DNA of 64,000 nt from the human T2T-CHM13v2.0 reference genome, Homo sapiens, in NCBI RefSeq assembly GCF_009914755.1, contig NC_060939.1. One strand, 5' to 3'. Every line of letters starts with the position of its first letter. The stretch's first letter is position 1. The notes beneath the pieces are model-generated. The model saw nothing but the letters and a program-made list of their open reading frames with translations, made no database searches and was not told where the DNA came from. Below, piece by piece: positions 1 to 14,840 of the stretch. The position numbers and the translations under genes were made by a program.

Positions 1-182
1 AATCCAAAAAATTAGCTAGGCATTGTGGCAGCTGGTGTAGCCCAGTGTGGTGTAGTCCAAGCTACCTGGGAGGCTGAGGGAGGGCAATCGCTTGAACCCG
101 TGAGGCAGATGTTGCAGTGAGCAAATTTGGTGCCATTGTACTCCACCCTGTGCAACAGGACAACACTCTGTCTAAAAAAAAA
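1..182 (+). mobile_element. Alu right arm and A-tail (unit 1, cut by the window edge)
   Basis: AAAAATTAGCTAGGC...GGGAGGCTGAGG...CGCTTGAACCC...TTGCAGTGAGC...ACTCTGTCT(A)9. Confidence 0.93.
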
Positions 183-1796
183 TTATATATGATATATGTT
201 ATATGTTATGTAATATGCTTTATATGTAATATATAACCTCATATATATTATATGTCATAATATATAATATTTATCCTGTGTCATATTATATATATTATAT
301 ATTTCATAACATATATAATATATAATACATATTATATATTTCATAACATATATAATATATAATACATATTATACATCTTATATATGAAAATATGTAATTA
401 GAGATAAAATAACATATAGTTATATATAATATGATATATAACATATATACTATATCATATATGATATATAATATATAATTTTTTATTACATATTATAATT
501 CATATATATTATAATTTATATAATGATATAATTATTTATATAATATAAATAATTATACATAATTATATAATTATATATAATATAAATAATAATATATATA
601 ATTACATATTCATATCGTTATATATAATAATACATTTCATATGTAATTATATATATCATATAATAGACAACACACCTAATATATAATATATAATATATAT
701 TATACAATATAGGATACATAATATGTATGATATATAAGATATCATAATATAATATATATTTTAACATTATGTATGTAACATGTAATATGTGATATATAAA
801 ATAAATTATGTAATATAAAATAATATAATATAATATATACTATATTAAGGTATATTATGTAAAGTATGTAATAAAATTATAAGTAACATAATAAATAGTT
901 ATATATATTATCTTATGTATTTACATAGAGTATTATACAGTTATATATAATTTTAAATTGTTATATATAATTTAATATAAAACAAATATAATATATATCA
1001 TAACATATATATTGTATACCATATATATATTATGTATCATATATTGTATGTTATATATTATATATTCTATATCATATATCATATATTATATGTTATATGT
1101 ATCACATTCCACATTTTGTATATTATAAATTATATACAATATATGACATGTATTATATTATATATAATAAATTATACATTATATGTAACATAGTATATAT
1201 TATATGTAACATGTATATTCTATGTAAAATATATAATATATAACATATTACATATAATTAATAACATAGACATATAATATATATTTAACATATGTACTAT
1301 ATATACAACGTATTATACATATACTATATAATATATATTATATATATGGCATAAAATATAATATATATTATATGTCATATTTTATATATACAATTATATA
1401 TTATTATATGTTATTTTATATTATCTACAACATAGATATAATATATATACCTATAATGTATATTACATATAACGTAGATATTATATATAATATATATAAT
1501 GTATATTATATATAACGTAGATATTATATATAATATATATAATGTATATTATATATTTAATACGTATATTAACCATATAATATATTCTATATATGATATA
1601 TAATATATATTATATATGTCATAAAATATATATATTATATGTCATTGTATAAATATAATACTTATATATTATCAATTATTATATTACATTTAATATATAT
1701 AATATAAGATGCAGGATGTGAGACAATATTATATATATGTTATTTATATTATATATATGATACTATATATTATTGTATACATAATGTGTATATATA

Positions 1797-2366
1797 TTTG
1801 TGGGTGCCCTATTTCCCATCTCATAACTTGTTTTAAGAAGCGCAGCATAATAATGTGTGGGCTTGGGATTCAGTTTTTGAAACAAAACACTGAGCCTTCA
1901 ATGACCTTTCGGTCTATGTAGAAGCGCTCCTGTCTTCGTGGCAGCAGTTGGACCTCACAATGTGGATTGTGCCGTCACCCTGCAATGTTTATGCCCTATC
2001 GCCATGGTGACGGGATTAGGGATCTCCTGCTCTTGGTCCTAAAGGCCACTGTCTGTGCTGTGTTTTTCAAAGGTCAGCACAGAGTGAACCTTTGTGGTTT
2101 TATTTTCCCTGAGTTTGATTTTTCTCATGGGGAACCTGTGGTGCTGCTTTGAAGGTATATTCATACTGGCCTTTCAAATGCCAACTCTTCAAATTACTAG
2201 TTAATGCTTTCAAAGTATGTTATTTCAAAAATTATCCTCCGTATTTTCCATATGCAGTTATAAATATGTTTCATGGTTATGTTTCATTCCTCAGTTTATA
2301 TATTTCATTATTGTACCAAGCAGAGTACCTTTGAAATTTTTTTTCATCTAAAAAATATGTAAATTA
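1797..2366. repeat. HSATI-type mixed-sequence component of the HSat1B unit (other copies at 4234, 6671, 9107, 11544, 13981, 16417, and truncated at 18847-19196)
   Basis: About 570 bp beginning TTTGTGGGTGCCCTATTTCCCATCTCATAAC, lying between the AT tract and the next Alu. The HSATI name comes from the known DYZ2 layout, not from a database search. Confidence 0.8.
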
Positions 2367-2656
2367 GCTCAGGCCTGTAATCCCAGCAAATTTGGAGGCC
2401 AAGGCAAGGGGATCACAAGGTAAAGAGATCAAGACCATCCTGGCCAATACAGTGAAACGCTGTCACTACTAAAAATCCAAAAAATTAGCTAGGCATTGTG
2501 GCAGCTGGTGTAGTCCCAGTGTGGTGTAGTCCAAGCTACCTGGGAGGCTGAGGGAGGGCAATCGCTTGAACCCGTGAGGCAGATGTTGCAGTGAGCAAAT
2601 TTGGTGCCATTGTACTCCACCCTGTGCAACAGGACAACACTCTGTCTAAAAAAAAA
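2367..2656 (+). mobile_element. 5'-truncated, decayed Alu embedded in HSat1B unit 2
   Basis: Starts at GCTCAGGCCTGTAATCCCAGCA and lacks about the first 14 nt of the Alu consensus. Has a B-box-like GAGATCAAGACC, the mid linker CTACTAAAAATCCAAAAAATTAGC, the right arm and an A9 tail. Confidence 0.95.
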
Positions 2657-4233
2657 TTATATATGATATATGTTATATGTTATGTAATATGCTTTATATG
2701 TAATATATAACCTCATATATATTATATGTCATAATATATAATAGTTATCCTGTGTCATATTATATATATTATATATTTCATAACATATATAATATATAAT
2801 ACATATTATACATCTTATATATGAAAATATGTAATTAGAGATAAAATAACATATAGTTATATATAATATGATATATAACATATATACTATATCATATATG
2901 ATATATAATATATAATTTTTTATTGCATATTATAATTCATATATATTATAATTTATATAATGATATAATTATTTATATAATATAAATAATTATTCATGAT
3001 TATATAATTATATATAATATAAATAATAATATATATAATTACATATTCATATCGTTATATATAATAATACATTTCATATGTAATTATATATATCATATAA
3101 TAGACAACACACCTAATATATAATATATAATATATATTATACAATATAGGATACAAAAGATGTATGATATATAAGATATCATAATATAATATATATTTTA
3201 ACATTATGTATGTAACATGTAATATGTGATATATAAAATAAATTATGTAATATAAAATAATATAATATAATATATACTATATTAAGGTATATTATGTAAA
3301 GTATGTAATAAAATTATAAGTAACATAATATATAGTTATATATATTATCTTATGTATTTACATAGAGTATTATACAGTTATATATAATTTTAAATTGTTA
3401 TATATAATTTAATATAAAACAAATATAATATATATCATAACATATATATTGTATACCATATATATATTATGTATCATATATTGTATGTTATATATTATAT
3501 ATTCTATATCATATATCATATATTATATGTTATATGTATCACATTCCACATTTTGTATATTATAAATTATATACAATATATGACATGTATTATATTATAT
3601 ATAATAAATTATACATTATATGTAACATAGTATATATTATATGTAACATGTATATTCTATGTAAAATATATAATATATAACATATTACATATAATTAATA
3701 ACATAGACATATAATATATATTTAACATATGTACTATATATACAACGTATTATACATATACTATATAATATATATTATATATATGGCATAAAATATAATA
3801 TATATTATATGTCATATTTTATATATACAATTATATATTATTATATGTTATTTTATATTATCTACAACATAGATATAATATATATACCTATAATGTATAT
3901 TACATATAACGTAGATATTATATATAATATATATAATGTATATTATATATAACGTAGATATTATATATAATATATATAATGTATATTATATATTTAATAC
4001 GTATATTAACCATATAATATATTCTATATATGATATATAATATATATTATATATGTCATAAAATATATATATTATATGTCATTGTATAAATATAATACTT
4101 ATATATTATCAATTATTATATTACATTTAATATATATAATATAAGATGCAGGATGTGAGACAATATTATATATATGTTATTTATATTATATATATGATAC
4201 TATATATTATTGTATACATAATGTGTATATATA
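2657..4233. repeat. AT-rich low-complexity component of the HSat1B unit (representative copy; present in every unit)
   Basis: About 1.58 kb of degenerate (TA)n/TATAA sequence with very few G/C, conserved almost base for base among units 1-6. Confidence 0.9.
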
Positions 4234-4803
4234 TTTGTGGGTGCCCTATTTCCCATCTCATAACTTGTTTTAAGAAGCGCAGCATAATAATGTGTGGGCT
4301 TGGGATTCAGTTTTTGAAACAAAACACTGAGCCTTCAATGACCTTTCGGTCTATGTAGAAGCGCTCCTGTCTTCGTGGCAGCAGTTGGACCTCACAATGT
4401 GGATTGTGCCGTCACCCTGCAATGTTTATGCCCTATCGCCATGGTGACGGGATTAGGGATCTCCTGCTCTTGGTCCTAAAGGCCACTGTCTGTGCTGTGT
4501 TTTTCAAAGGTCAGCACAGAGTGAACCTTTGTGGTTTTATTTTCCCTGAGTTTGATTTTTCTCATGGGGAACCTGTGGTGCTGCTTTGAAGGTATATTCA
4601 TACTGGCCTTTCAAATGCCAACTCTTCAAATTACTAGTTAATGCTTTCAAAGTATGTTATTTCAAAAATTATCCTCCGTATTTTCCATATGCAGTTATAA
4701 ATATGTTTCATGGTTATGTTTCATTCCTCAGTTTATATATTTGATTATTGTACCAAGCAGAGTACCTTTGAAATTTTTTTTCATCTAAAAAATATGTAAA
4801 TTA

Positions 4804-5093
4804 GCTCAGGCCTGTAATCCCAGCAAATTTGGAGGCCAAGGCAAGGGGATCACAAGGTAAAGAGATCAAGACCATCCTGGCCAATACAGTGAAACGCTGT
4901 CACTACTAAAAATCCAAAAAATTAGCTAGGCATTGTGGCAGCTGGTGTAGTCCCAGTGTGGTGTAGTCCAAGCTACCTGGGAGGCTGAGGGAGGGCAATC
5001 GCTTGAACCCGTGAGGCAGATGTTGCAGTGAGCAAATTTGGTGCCATTGTACTCCACCCTGTGCAACAGGACAACACTCTGTCTAAAAAAAAA
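4804..5093 (+). mobile_element. 5'-truncated Alu (unit 3)
   Basis: Copy of 2367-2656 at +2437. Confidence 0.95.
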
Positions 5094-7240
5094 TTATATA
5101 TGATATATGTTATATGTTATGTAATATGCTTTATATGTAATATATAACCTCATATATATTATATGTCATAATATATAATAGTTATCCTGTGTCATATTAT
5201 ATATATTATATATTTCATAACATATATAATATATAATACATATTATACATCTTATATATGAAAATATGTAATTAGAGATAAAATAACATATAGTTATATA
5301 TAATATGATATATAACATATATACTATATCATATATGATATATAATATATAATTTTTTATTGCATATTATAATTCATATATATTATAATTTATATAATGA
5401 TATAATTATTTATATAATATAAATAATTATACATGATTATATAATTATATATAATATAAATAATAATATATATAATTACATATTCATATCGTTATATATA
5501 ATAATACATTTCATATGTAATTATATATATCATATAATAGACAACACACCTAATATATAATATATAATATATATTATACAATATAGGATACAAAAGATGT
5601 ATGATATATAAGATATCATAATATAATATATATTTTAACATTATGTATGTAACATGTAATATGTGATATATAAAATAAATTATGTAATATAAAATAATAT
5701 AATATAATATATACTATATTAAGGTATATTATGTAAAGTATGTAATAAAATTATAAGTAACATAATATATAGTTATATATATTATCTTATGTATTTACAT
5801 AGAGTATTATACAGTTATATATAATTTTAAATTGTTATATATAATTTAATATAAAACAAATATAATATATATCATAACATATATATTGTATACCATATAT
5901 ATATTATGTATCATATATTGTATGTTATATATTATATATTCTATATCATATATCATATATTATATGTTATATGTATCACATTCCACATTTTGTATATTAT
6001 AAATTATATACAATATATGACATGTATTATATTATATATAATAAATTATACATTATATGTAACATAGTATATATTATATGTAACATGTATATTCTATGTA
6101 AAATATATAATATATAACATATTACATATAATTAATAACATAGACATATAATATATATTTAACATATGTACTATATATACAACGTATTATACATATACTA
6201 TATAATATATATTATATATATGGCATAAAATATAATATATATTATATGTCATATTTTATATATACAATTATATATTATTATATGTTATTTTATATTATCT
6301 ACAACATAGATATAATATATATACCTATAATGTATATTACATATAACGTAGATATTATATATAATATATATAATGTATATTATATATAACGTAGATATTA
6401 TATATAATATATATAATGTATATTATATATTTAATACGTATATTAACCATATAATATATTCTATATATGATATATAATATATATTATATATGTCATAAAA
6501 TATATATATTATATGTCATTGTATAAATATAATACTTATATATTATCAATTATTATATTACATTTAATATATATAATATAAGATGCAGGATGTGAGACAA
6601 TATTATATATATGTTATTTATATTATATATATGATACTATATATTATTGTATACATAATGTGTATATATATTTGTGGGTGCCCTATTTCCCATCTCATAA
6701 CTTGTTTTAAGAAGCGCAGCATAATAATGTGTGGGCTTGGGATTCAGTTTTTGAAACAAAACACTGAGCCTTCAATGACCTTTCGGTCTATGTAGAAGCG
6801 CTCCTGTCTTCGTGGCAGCAGTTGGACCTCACAATGTGGATTGTGCCGTCACCCTGCAATGTTTATGCCCTATCGCCATGGTGACGGGATTAGGGATCTC
6901 CTGCTCTTGGTCCTAAAGGCCACTGTCTGTGCTGTGTTTTTCAAAGGTCAGCACAGAGTGAACCTTTGTGGTTTTATTTTCCCTGAGTTTGATTTTTCTC
7001 ATGGGGAACCTGTGGTGCTGCTTTGAAGGTATATTCATACTGGCCTTTCAAATGCCAACTCTTCAAATTACTAGTTAATGCTTTCAAAGTATGTTATTTC
7101 AAAAATTATCCTCCGTATTTTCCATATGCAGTTATAAATATGTTTCATGGTTATGTTTCATTCCTCAGTTTATATATTTGATTATTGTACCAAGCAGAGT
7201 ACCTTTGAAATTTTTTTTCATCTAAAAAATATGTAAATTA

Positions 7241-7530
7241 GCTCAGGCCTGTAATCCCAGCAAATTTGGAGGCCAAGGCAAGGGGATCACAAGGTAAAGA
7301 GATCAAGACCATCCTGGCCAATACAGTGAAACGCTGTCACTACTAAAAATCCAAAAAATTAGCTAGGCATTGTGGCAGCTGGTGTAGTCCCAGTGTGGTG
7401 TAGTCCAAGCTACCTGGGAGGCTGAGGGAGGGCAATCGCTTGAACCCGTGAGGCAGATGTTGCAGTGAGCAAATTTGGTGCCATTGTACTCCACCCTGTG
7501 CAACAGGACAACACTCTGTCTAAAAAAAAA
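7241..7530 (+). mobile_element. 5'-truncated Alu (unit 4)
   Basis: Copy of 2367-2656. Confidence 0.95.
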
Positions 7531-9676
7531 TTATATATGATATATGTTATATGTTATGTAATATGTTTATATGTAATATATAACCTCATATATATTATAT
7601 GTCCTAATATATAATAGTTATCCTGTGTCATATTATATATATTATATATTTCATAACATATATAATATATAATACATATTATACATCTTATATATGAAAA
7701 TATGTAATTAGAGATAAAATAACATATAGTTATATATAATATGATATATAACATATATACTATATCATATATGATATATAATATATAATTTTTTATTGCA
7801 TATTATAATTCATATATATTATAATTTATATAAAGATATAATTATTTATATAATATAAATAATTATACATGATTATATAATTATATATAATATAAATAAT
7901 AATATATGTAATTACATATTCATATCGTTATATATAATAATACATTTCATATGTAATTATATATATCATATAATAGACAACACACCTAATATATAATATA
8001 TAATATATATTATACAATATAGGATACATAATATGTATGATATATAAGATATCATAATATAATATATATTTTAACATTATGTATGTAACATGTAATATGT
8101 GATATATAAAATAAATTATGTAATATAAAATAATATAATATAATATATACTATATTAAGGTATATTATGTAAAGTATGTAATAAAATTATAAGTAACATA
8201 ATAAATAGTTACATATATTATCTTATGTATTTACATAGAGTATTATACAGTTATATATAATTTTAAATTGTTATATATAATTTAATATAAAACAAATATA
8301 ATATATATCATAACATATATATTGTATACCATATATATATTATGTATCATATATTGTATGTTATATATTATATATTGTATATCATATATCATATATTATA
8401 TGTTATATATATCACATTCCACATTTTGTATATTATAAATTATATACAATATATGACATGTATTATATTATATATAATAAATTATACATTATATGTAACA
8501 TAGTATATATTATATGTAACATGTATATTCTATGTAAAATATATAATATATAACATATTACATATAATTAATAACATAGACATATAATATATATTTAACA
8601 TATGTACTATATATACAACGTATTATACATATACTATATAATATATATTATATATATGGCATAAAATATAATATATATTATATGTCATATTTTATATATA
8701 CAATTATATATTATTATATGTTATTTTATATTATCTACAACATAGATATAATATATATACCTATAATGTATATTACATATAACGTAGATATTATATATAA
8801 TATATATAATGTATATTATATATAACGTAGATATTATATATAATATATATAATGTATATTATATATTTAATACGTATATTAACCATATAATATATTCTAT
8901 ATATGATATATAATATATATTATATATGTCATAAAATATATATATTATATATCATTGTATAAATATAATACTTATATATTATCAATTATTATATTACATT
9001 TAATATATATAATATAAGATGCAGGATGTGAGACAATATTATATATATGTTATTTATATTATATATATGATACTATATATTATTGTATACATAATGTGTA
9101 TATATATTTGTGGGTGCCCTATTTCCCATCTCATAACTTGTTTTAAGAAGCGCAGCATAATAATGTGTGGGCTTGGGATTCAGTTTTTGAAACAAAACAC
9201 TGAGCCTTCAATGACCTTTCGGTCTATGTAGAAGCGCTCCTGTCTTCGTGGCAGCAGTTGGACCTCACAATGTGGATTGTGCCGTCACCCTGCAATGTTT
9301 ATGCCCTATCGCCATGGTGACGGGATTAGGGATCTCCTGCTCTTGGTCCTAAAGGCCACTGTCTGTGCTGTGTTTTTCAAAGGTCAGCACAGAGTGAACC
9401 TTTGTGGTTTTATTTTCCCTGAGTTTGATTTTTCTCATGGGGAACCTGTGGTGCTGCTTTGAAGGTATATTCATACTGGCCTTTCAAATGCCAACTCTTC
9501 AAATTACTAGTTAATGCTTTCAAAGTATGTTATTTCAAAAATTATCCTCCGTATTTTCCATATGCAGTTATAAATATGTTTCATGGTTATGTTTCATTCC
9601 TCAGTTTATATATTTGATTATTGTACCAAGCAGAGTACCTTTGAAATTTTTTTTCATCTAAAAAATATGTAAATTA

Positions 9677-9966
9677 GCTCAGGCCTGTAATCCCAGCAAA
9701 TTTGGAGGCCAAGGCAAGGGGATCACAAGGTAAAGAGATCAAGACCATCCTGGCCAATACAGTGAAACGCTGTCACTACTAAAAATCCAAAAAATTAGCT
9801 AGGCATTGTGGCAGCTGGTGTAGTCCCAGTGTGGTGTAGTCCAAGCTACCTGGGAGGCTGAGGGAGGGCAATCGCTTGAACCCGTGAGGCAGATGTTGCA
9901 GTGAGCAAATTTGGTGCCATTGTACTCCACCCTGTGCAACAGGACAACACTCTGTCTAAAAAAAAA
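9677..9966 (+). mobile_element. 5'-truncated Alu (unit 5)
   Basis: Copy of 2367-2656. Confidence 0.95.
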
Positions 9967-12113
9967 TTATATATGATATATGTTATATGTTATGTAATAT
10001 GCTTTATATGTAATATATAACCTCATATATATTATATGTCCTAATATATAATAGTTATCCTGTGTCATATTATATATATTATATATTTCATAACATATAT
10101 AATATATAATACATATTATACATCTTATATATGAAAATATGTAATTAGAGATAAAATAACATATAGTTATATATAATATGATATATAACATATATACTAT
10201 ATCATATATGATATATAATATATAATTTTTTATTGCATATTATAATTCATATATATTATAATTTATATAATGATATAATTATTTATATAATATAAATAAT
10301 TATACATGATTATATAATTATATATAATATAAATAATAATATATATAATTACATATTCATATCGTTATATATAATAATACATTTCATATGTAATTATATA
10401 TATCATATAATAGACAACACACCTAATATATAATATATAATATATATTATACAATATAGGATACAAAAGATGTATGATATATAAAATATCATAATATAAT
10501 ATATATTTTAACATTATGTATGTAACATGTAATATGTGATATATAAAATAAATTATGTAATATAAAATAATATAATATAATATATACTATATTATGGTAT
10601 ATTATGTAAAGTATGTAATAAAATTATAAGTAACATAATAAATAGTTACATATATTATCTTATGTATTTACATAGAGTATTATACAGTTATATATAATTT
10701 TAAATTGTTATATATAATTTAATATAAAACAAATATAATATATATCATAACATATATATTGTATACCATATATATATTATGTATCATATATTGTATGTTA
10801 TATATTATATATTCTATATCATATATCATATATTATATGTTATATATATCACATTCCACATTTTGTATATTATAAATTATATACAATATATGACATGTAT
10901 TATATTATATATAATAAATTATACATTATATGTAACATAGTATATATTATATGTAACATGTATATTCTATGTAAAATATATAATATATAACATATTACAT
11001 ATAATTAATAACATAGACATATAATATATATTTAACATATGTACTATATATACAACGTATTATACATATACTATATAATATATATTATATATATGGCATA
11101 AAATATAATATATATTATATGTCATATTTTATATATACAATTATATATTATTATATGTTATTTTATATTATCTACAACATAGATATAATATATATACCTA
11201 TAATGTATATTACATATAACGTAGATATTATATATAATATATATAATGTATATTATATATAACGTAGATATTATATATAATATATATAATGTATATTATA
11301 TATTTAATACGTATATTAACCATATAATATATTCTATATATGATATATAATATATATTATATATGTCATAAAATATATATATTATATATCATTGTATAAA
11401 TATAATACTTATATATTATCAATTATTATATTACATTTAATATATATAATATAAGATGCAGGATGTGAGACAATATTATATATATGTTATTTATATTATA
11501 TATATGATACTATATATTATTGTATACATAATGTGTATATATATTTGTGGGTGCCCTATTTCCCATCTCATAACTTGTTTTAAGAAGCGCAGCATAATAA
11601 TGTGTGGGCTTGGGATTCAGTTTTTGAAACAAAACACTGAGCCTTCAATGACCTTTCGGTCTATGTAGAAGCGCTCCTGTCTTCGTGGCAGCAGTTGGAC
11701 CTCACAATGTGGATTGTGCCGTCACCCTGCAATGTTTATGCCCTATCGCCATGGTGACGGGATTAGGGATCTCCTGCTCTTGGTCCTAAAGGCCACTGTC
11801 TGTGCTGTGTTTTTCAAAGGTCAGCACAGAGTGAACCTTTGTGGTTTTATTTTCCCTGAGTTTGATTTTTCTCATGGGGAACCTGTGGTGCTGCTTTGAA
11901 GGTATATTCATACTGGCCTTTCAAATGCCAACTCTTCAAATTACTAGTTAATGCTTTCAAAGTATGTTATTTCAAAAATTATCCTCCGTATTTTCCATAT
12001 GCAGTTATAAATATGTTTCATGGTTATGTTTCATTCCTCAGTTTATATATTTGATTATTGTACCAAGCAGAGTACCTTTGAAATTTTTTTTCATCTAAAA
12101 AATATGTAAATTA

Positions 12114-12403
12114 GCTCAGGCCTGTAATCCCAGCAAATTTGGAGGCCAAGGCAAGGGGATCACAAGGTAAAGAGATCAAGACCATCCTGGCCAATACAGT
12201 GAAACGCTGTCACTACTAAAAATCCAAAAAATTAGCTAGGCATTGTGGCAGCTGGTGTAGTCCCAGTGTGGTGTAGTCCAAGCTACCTGGGAGGCTGAGG
12301 GAGGGCAATCGCTTGAACCCGTGAGGCAGATGTTGCAGTGAGCAAATTTGGTGCCATTGTACTCCACCCTGTGCAACAGGACAACACTCTGTCTAAAAAA
12401 AAA
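12114..12403 (+). mobile_element. 5'-truncated Alu (unit 6)
   Basis: Copy of 2367-2656. Confidence 0.95.
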
Positions 12404-14550
12404 TTATATATGATATATGTTATATGTTATGTAATATGCTTTATATGTAATATATAACCTCATATATATTATATGTCATAATATATAATAGTTATCCTGT
12501 GTCATATTATATATATTATATATTTCATAACATATATAATATATAATACATATTATACATCTTATATATGAAAATATGTAATTAGAGATAAAATAACATA
12601 TAGTTATATATAATATGATATATAACATATATACTATATCATATATGATATATAATATATAATTTTTTATTGCATATTATAATTCATATATATTATAATT
12701 TATATAATGATATAATTATTTATATAATATAAATAATTATACATGATTATATAATTATATATAATATAAATAATAATATATATAATTACATATTCATATC
12801 GTTATATATAATAATACATTTCATATGTAATTATATATATCATATAATAGACAACACACCTAATATATAATATATAATATATATTATACAATATAGGATA
12901 CAAAAGATGTATGATATATAAGATATCATAATATAATATATATTTTAACATTATGTATGTAACATGTAATATGTGATATATAAAATAAATTATGTAATAT
13001 AAAATAATATAATATAATATATACTATATTATGGTATATTATGTAAAGTATGTAATAAAATTATAAGTAACATAATAAATAGTTATATATATTATCTTAT
13101 GTATTTACATAGAGTATTATACAGTTATATATAATTTTAAATTGTTATATATAATTTAATATAAAACAAATATAATATATATCATAACATATATATTGTA
13201 TACCATATATATATTATGTATCATATATTGTATGTTATATATTATATATTCTATATCATATATCATATATTATATGTTATATATATCACATTCCACATTT
13301 TGTATATTATAAATTATATACAATATATGACATGTATTATATTATATATAATAAATTATACATTATATGTAACATAGTATATATTATATGTAACATGTAT
13401 ATTCTATGTAAAATATATAATATATAACATATTACATATAATTAATAACATAGACATATAATATATATTTAACATATGTACTATATATACAACGTATTAT
13501 ACATATACTATATAATATATATTATATATATGGCATAAAATATAATATATATTATATGTCATATTTTATATATACAATTATATATTATTATATGTTATTT
13601 TATATTATCTACAACATAGATATAATATATATACCTATAATGTATATTACATATAACGTAGATATTATATATAATATATATAATGTATATTATATATAAC
13701 GTAGATATTATATATAATATATATAATGTATATTATATATTTAATACGTATATTAACCATATAATATATTCTATATATGATATATAATATATATTATATA
13801 TGTCATAAAATATATATATTATATGTCATTGTATAAATATAATACTTATATATTATCAATTATTATATTACATTTAATATATATAATATAAGATGCAGGA
13901 TGTGAGACAATATTATATATATGTTATTTATATTATATATATGATACTATATATTATTGTATACATAATGTGTATATATATTTGTGGGTGCCCTATTTCC
14001 CATCTCATAACTTGTTTTAAGAAGCGCAGCATAATAATGTGTGGGCTTGGGATTCAGTTTTTGAAACAAAACACTGAGCCTTCAATGACCTTTCGGTCTA
14101 TGTAGAAGCGCTCCTGTCTTCGTGGCAGCAGTTGGACCTCACAATGTGGATTGTGCCGTCACCCTGCAATGTTTATGCCCTATCGCCATGGTGACGGGAT
14201 TAGGGATCTCCTGCTCTTGGTCCTAAAGGCCACTGTCTGTGCTGTGTTTTTCAAAGGTCAGCACAGAGTGAACCTTTGTGGTTTTATTTTCCCTGAGTTT
14301 GATTTTTCTCATGGGGAACCTGTGGTGCTGCTTTGAAGGTATATTCATACTGGCCTTTCAAATGCCAACTCTTCAAATTACTAGTTAATGCTTTCAAAGT
14401 ATGTTATTTCAAAAATTATCCTCCGTATTTTCCATATGCAGTTATAAATATGTTTCATGGTTATGTTTCATTCCTCAGTTTATATATTTCATTATTGTAC
14501 CAAGCAGAGTACCTTTGAAATTTTTTTTCATCTAAAAAATATGTAAATTA

Positions 14551-14840
14551 GCTCAGGCCTGTAATCCCAGCAAATTTGGAGGCCAAGGCAAGGGGATCAC
14601 AAGGTAAAGAGATCAAGACCATCCTGGCCAATACAGTGAAACGCTGTCACTACTAAAAATCCAAAAAATTAGCTAGGCATTGTGGCAGCTGGTGTAGTCC
14701 CAGTGTGGTGTAGTCCAAGCTACCTGGGAGGCTGAGGGAGGGCAATCGCTTGAACCCGTGAGGCAGATGTTGCAGTGAGGAAATTTGGTGCCATTGTATT
14801 CCACCCTGTGCAACAGGACAACATCCTGTCTAAAATAAAA
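14551..14840 (+). mobile_element. 5'-truncated Alu (unit 7, variant 3' end)
   Basis: Same Alu with 3' variants: GTGAGG, TGTATT, ACATCCTG and the interrupted tail AAAATAAAA. Confidence 0.93.

Noticed and set aside
183-1796. Hairpin, cruciform or TATA-box signals in the AT tract
   Set aside because: These are expected by chance in (TA)-rich low-complexity DNA. No specific long inverted repeat or promoter context was identified.
1709-2334. Recurrent 61-70 aa ORFs (MQDVRQ..., MCRHPA..., MKVYSY...) in each HSat1B unit
   Set aside because: They are short, partly low-complexity and lack any recognisable domain. They recur only because the DNA is tandemly repeated, and they are broken in some units.
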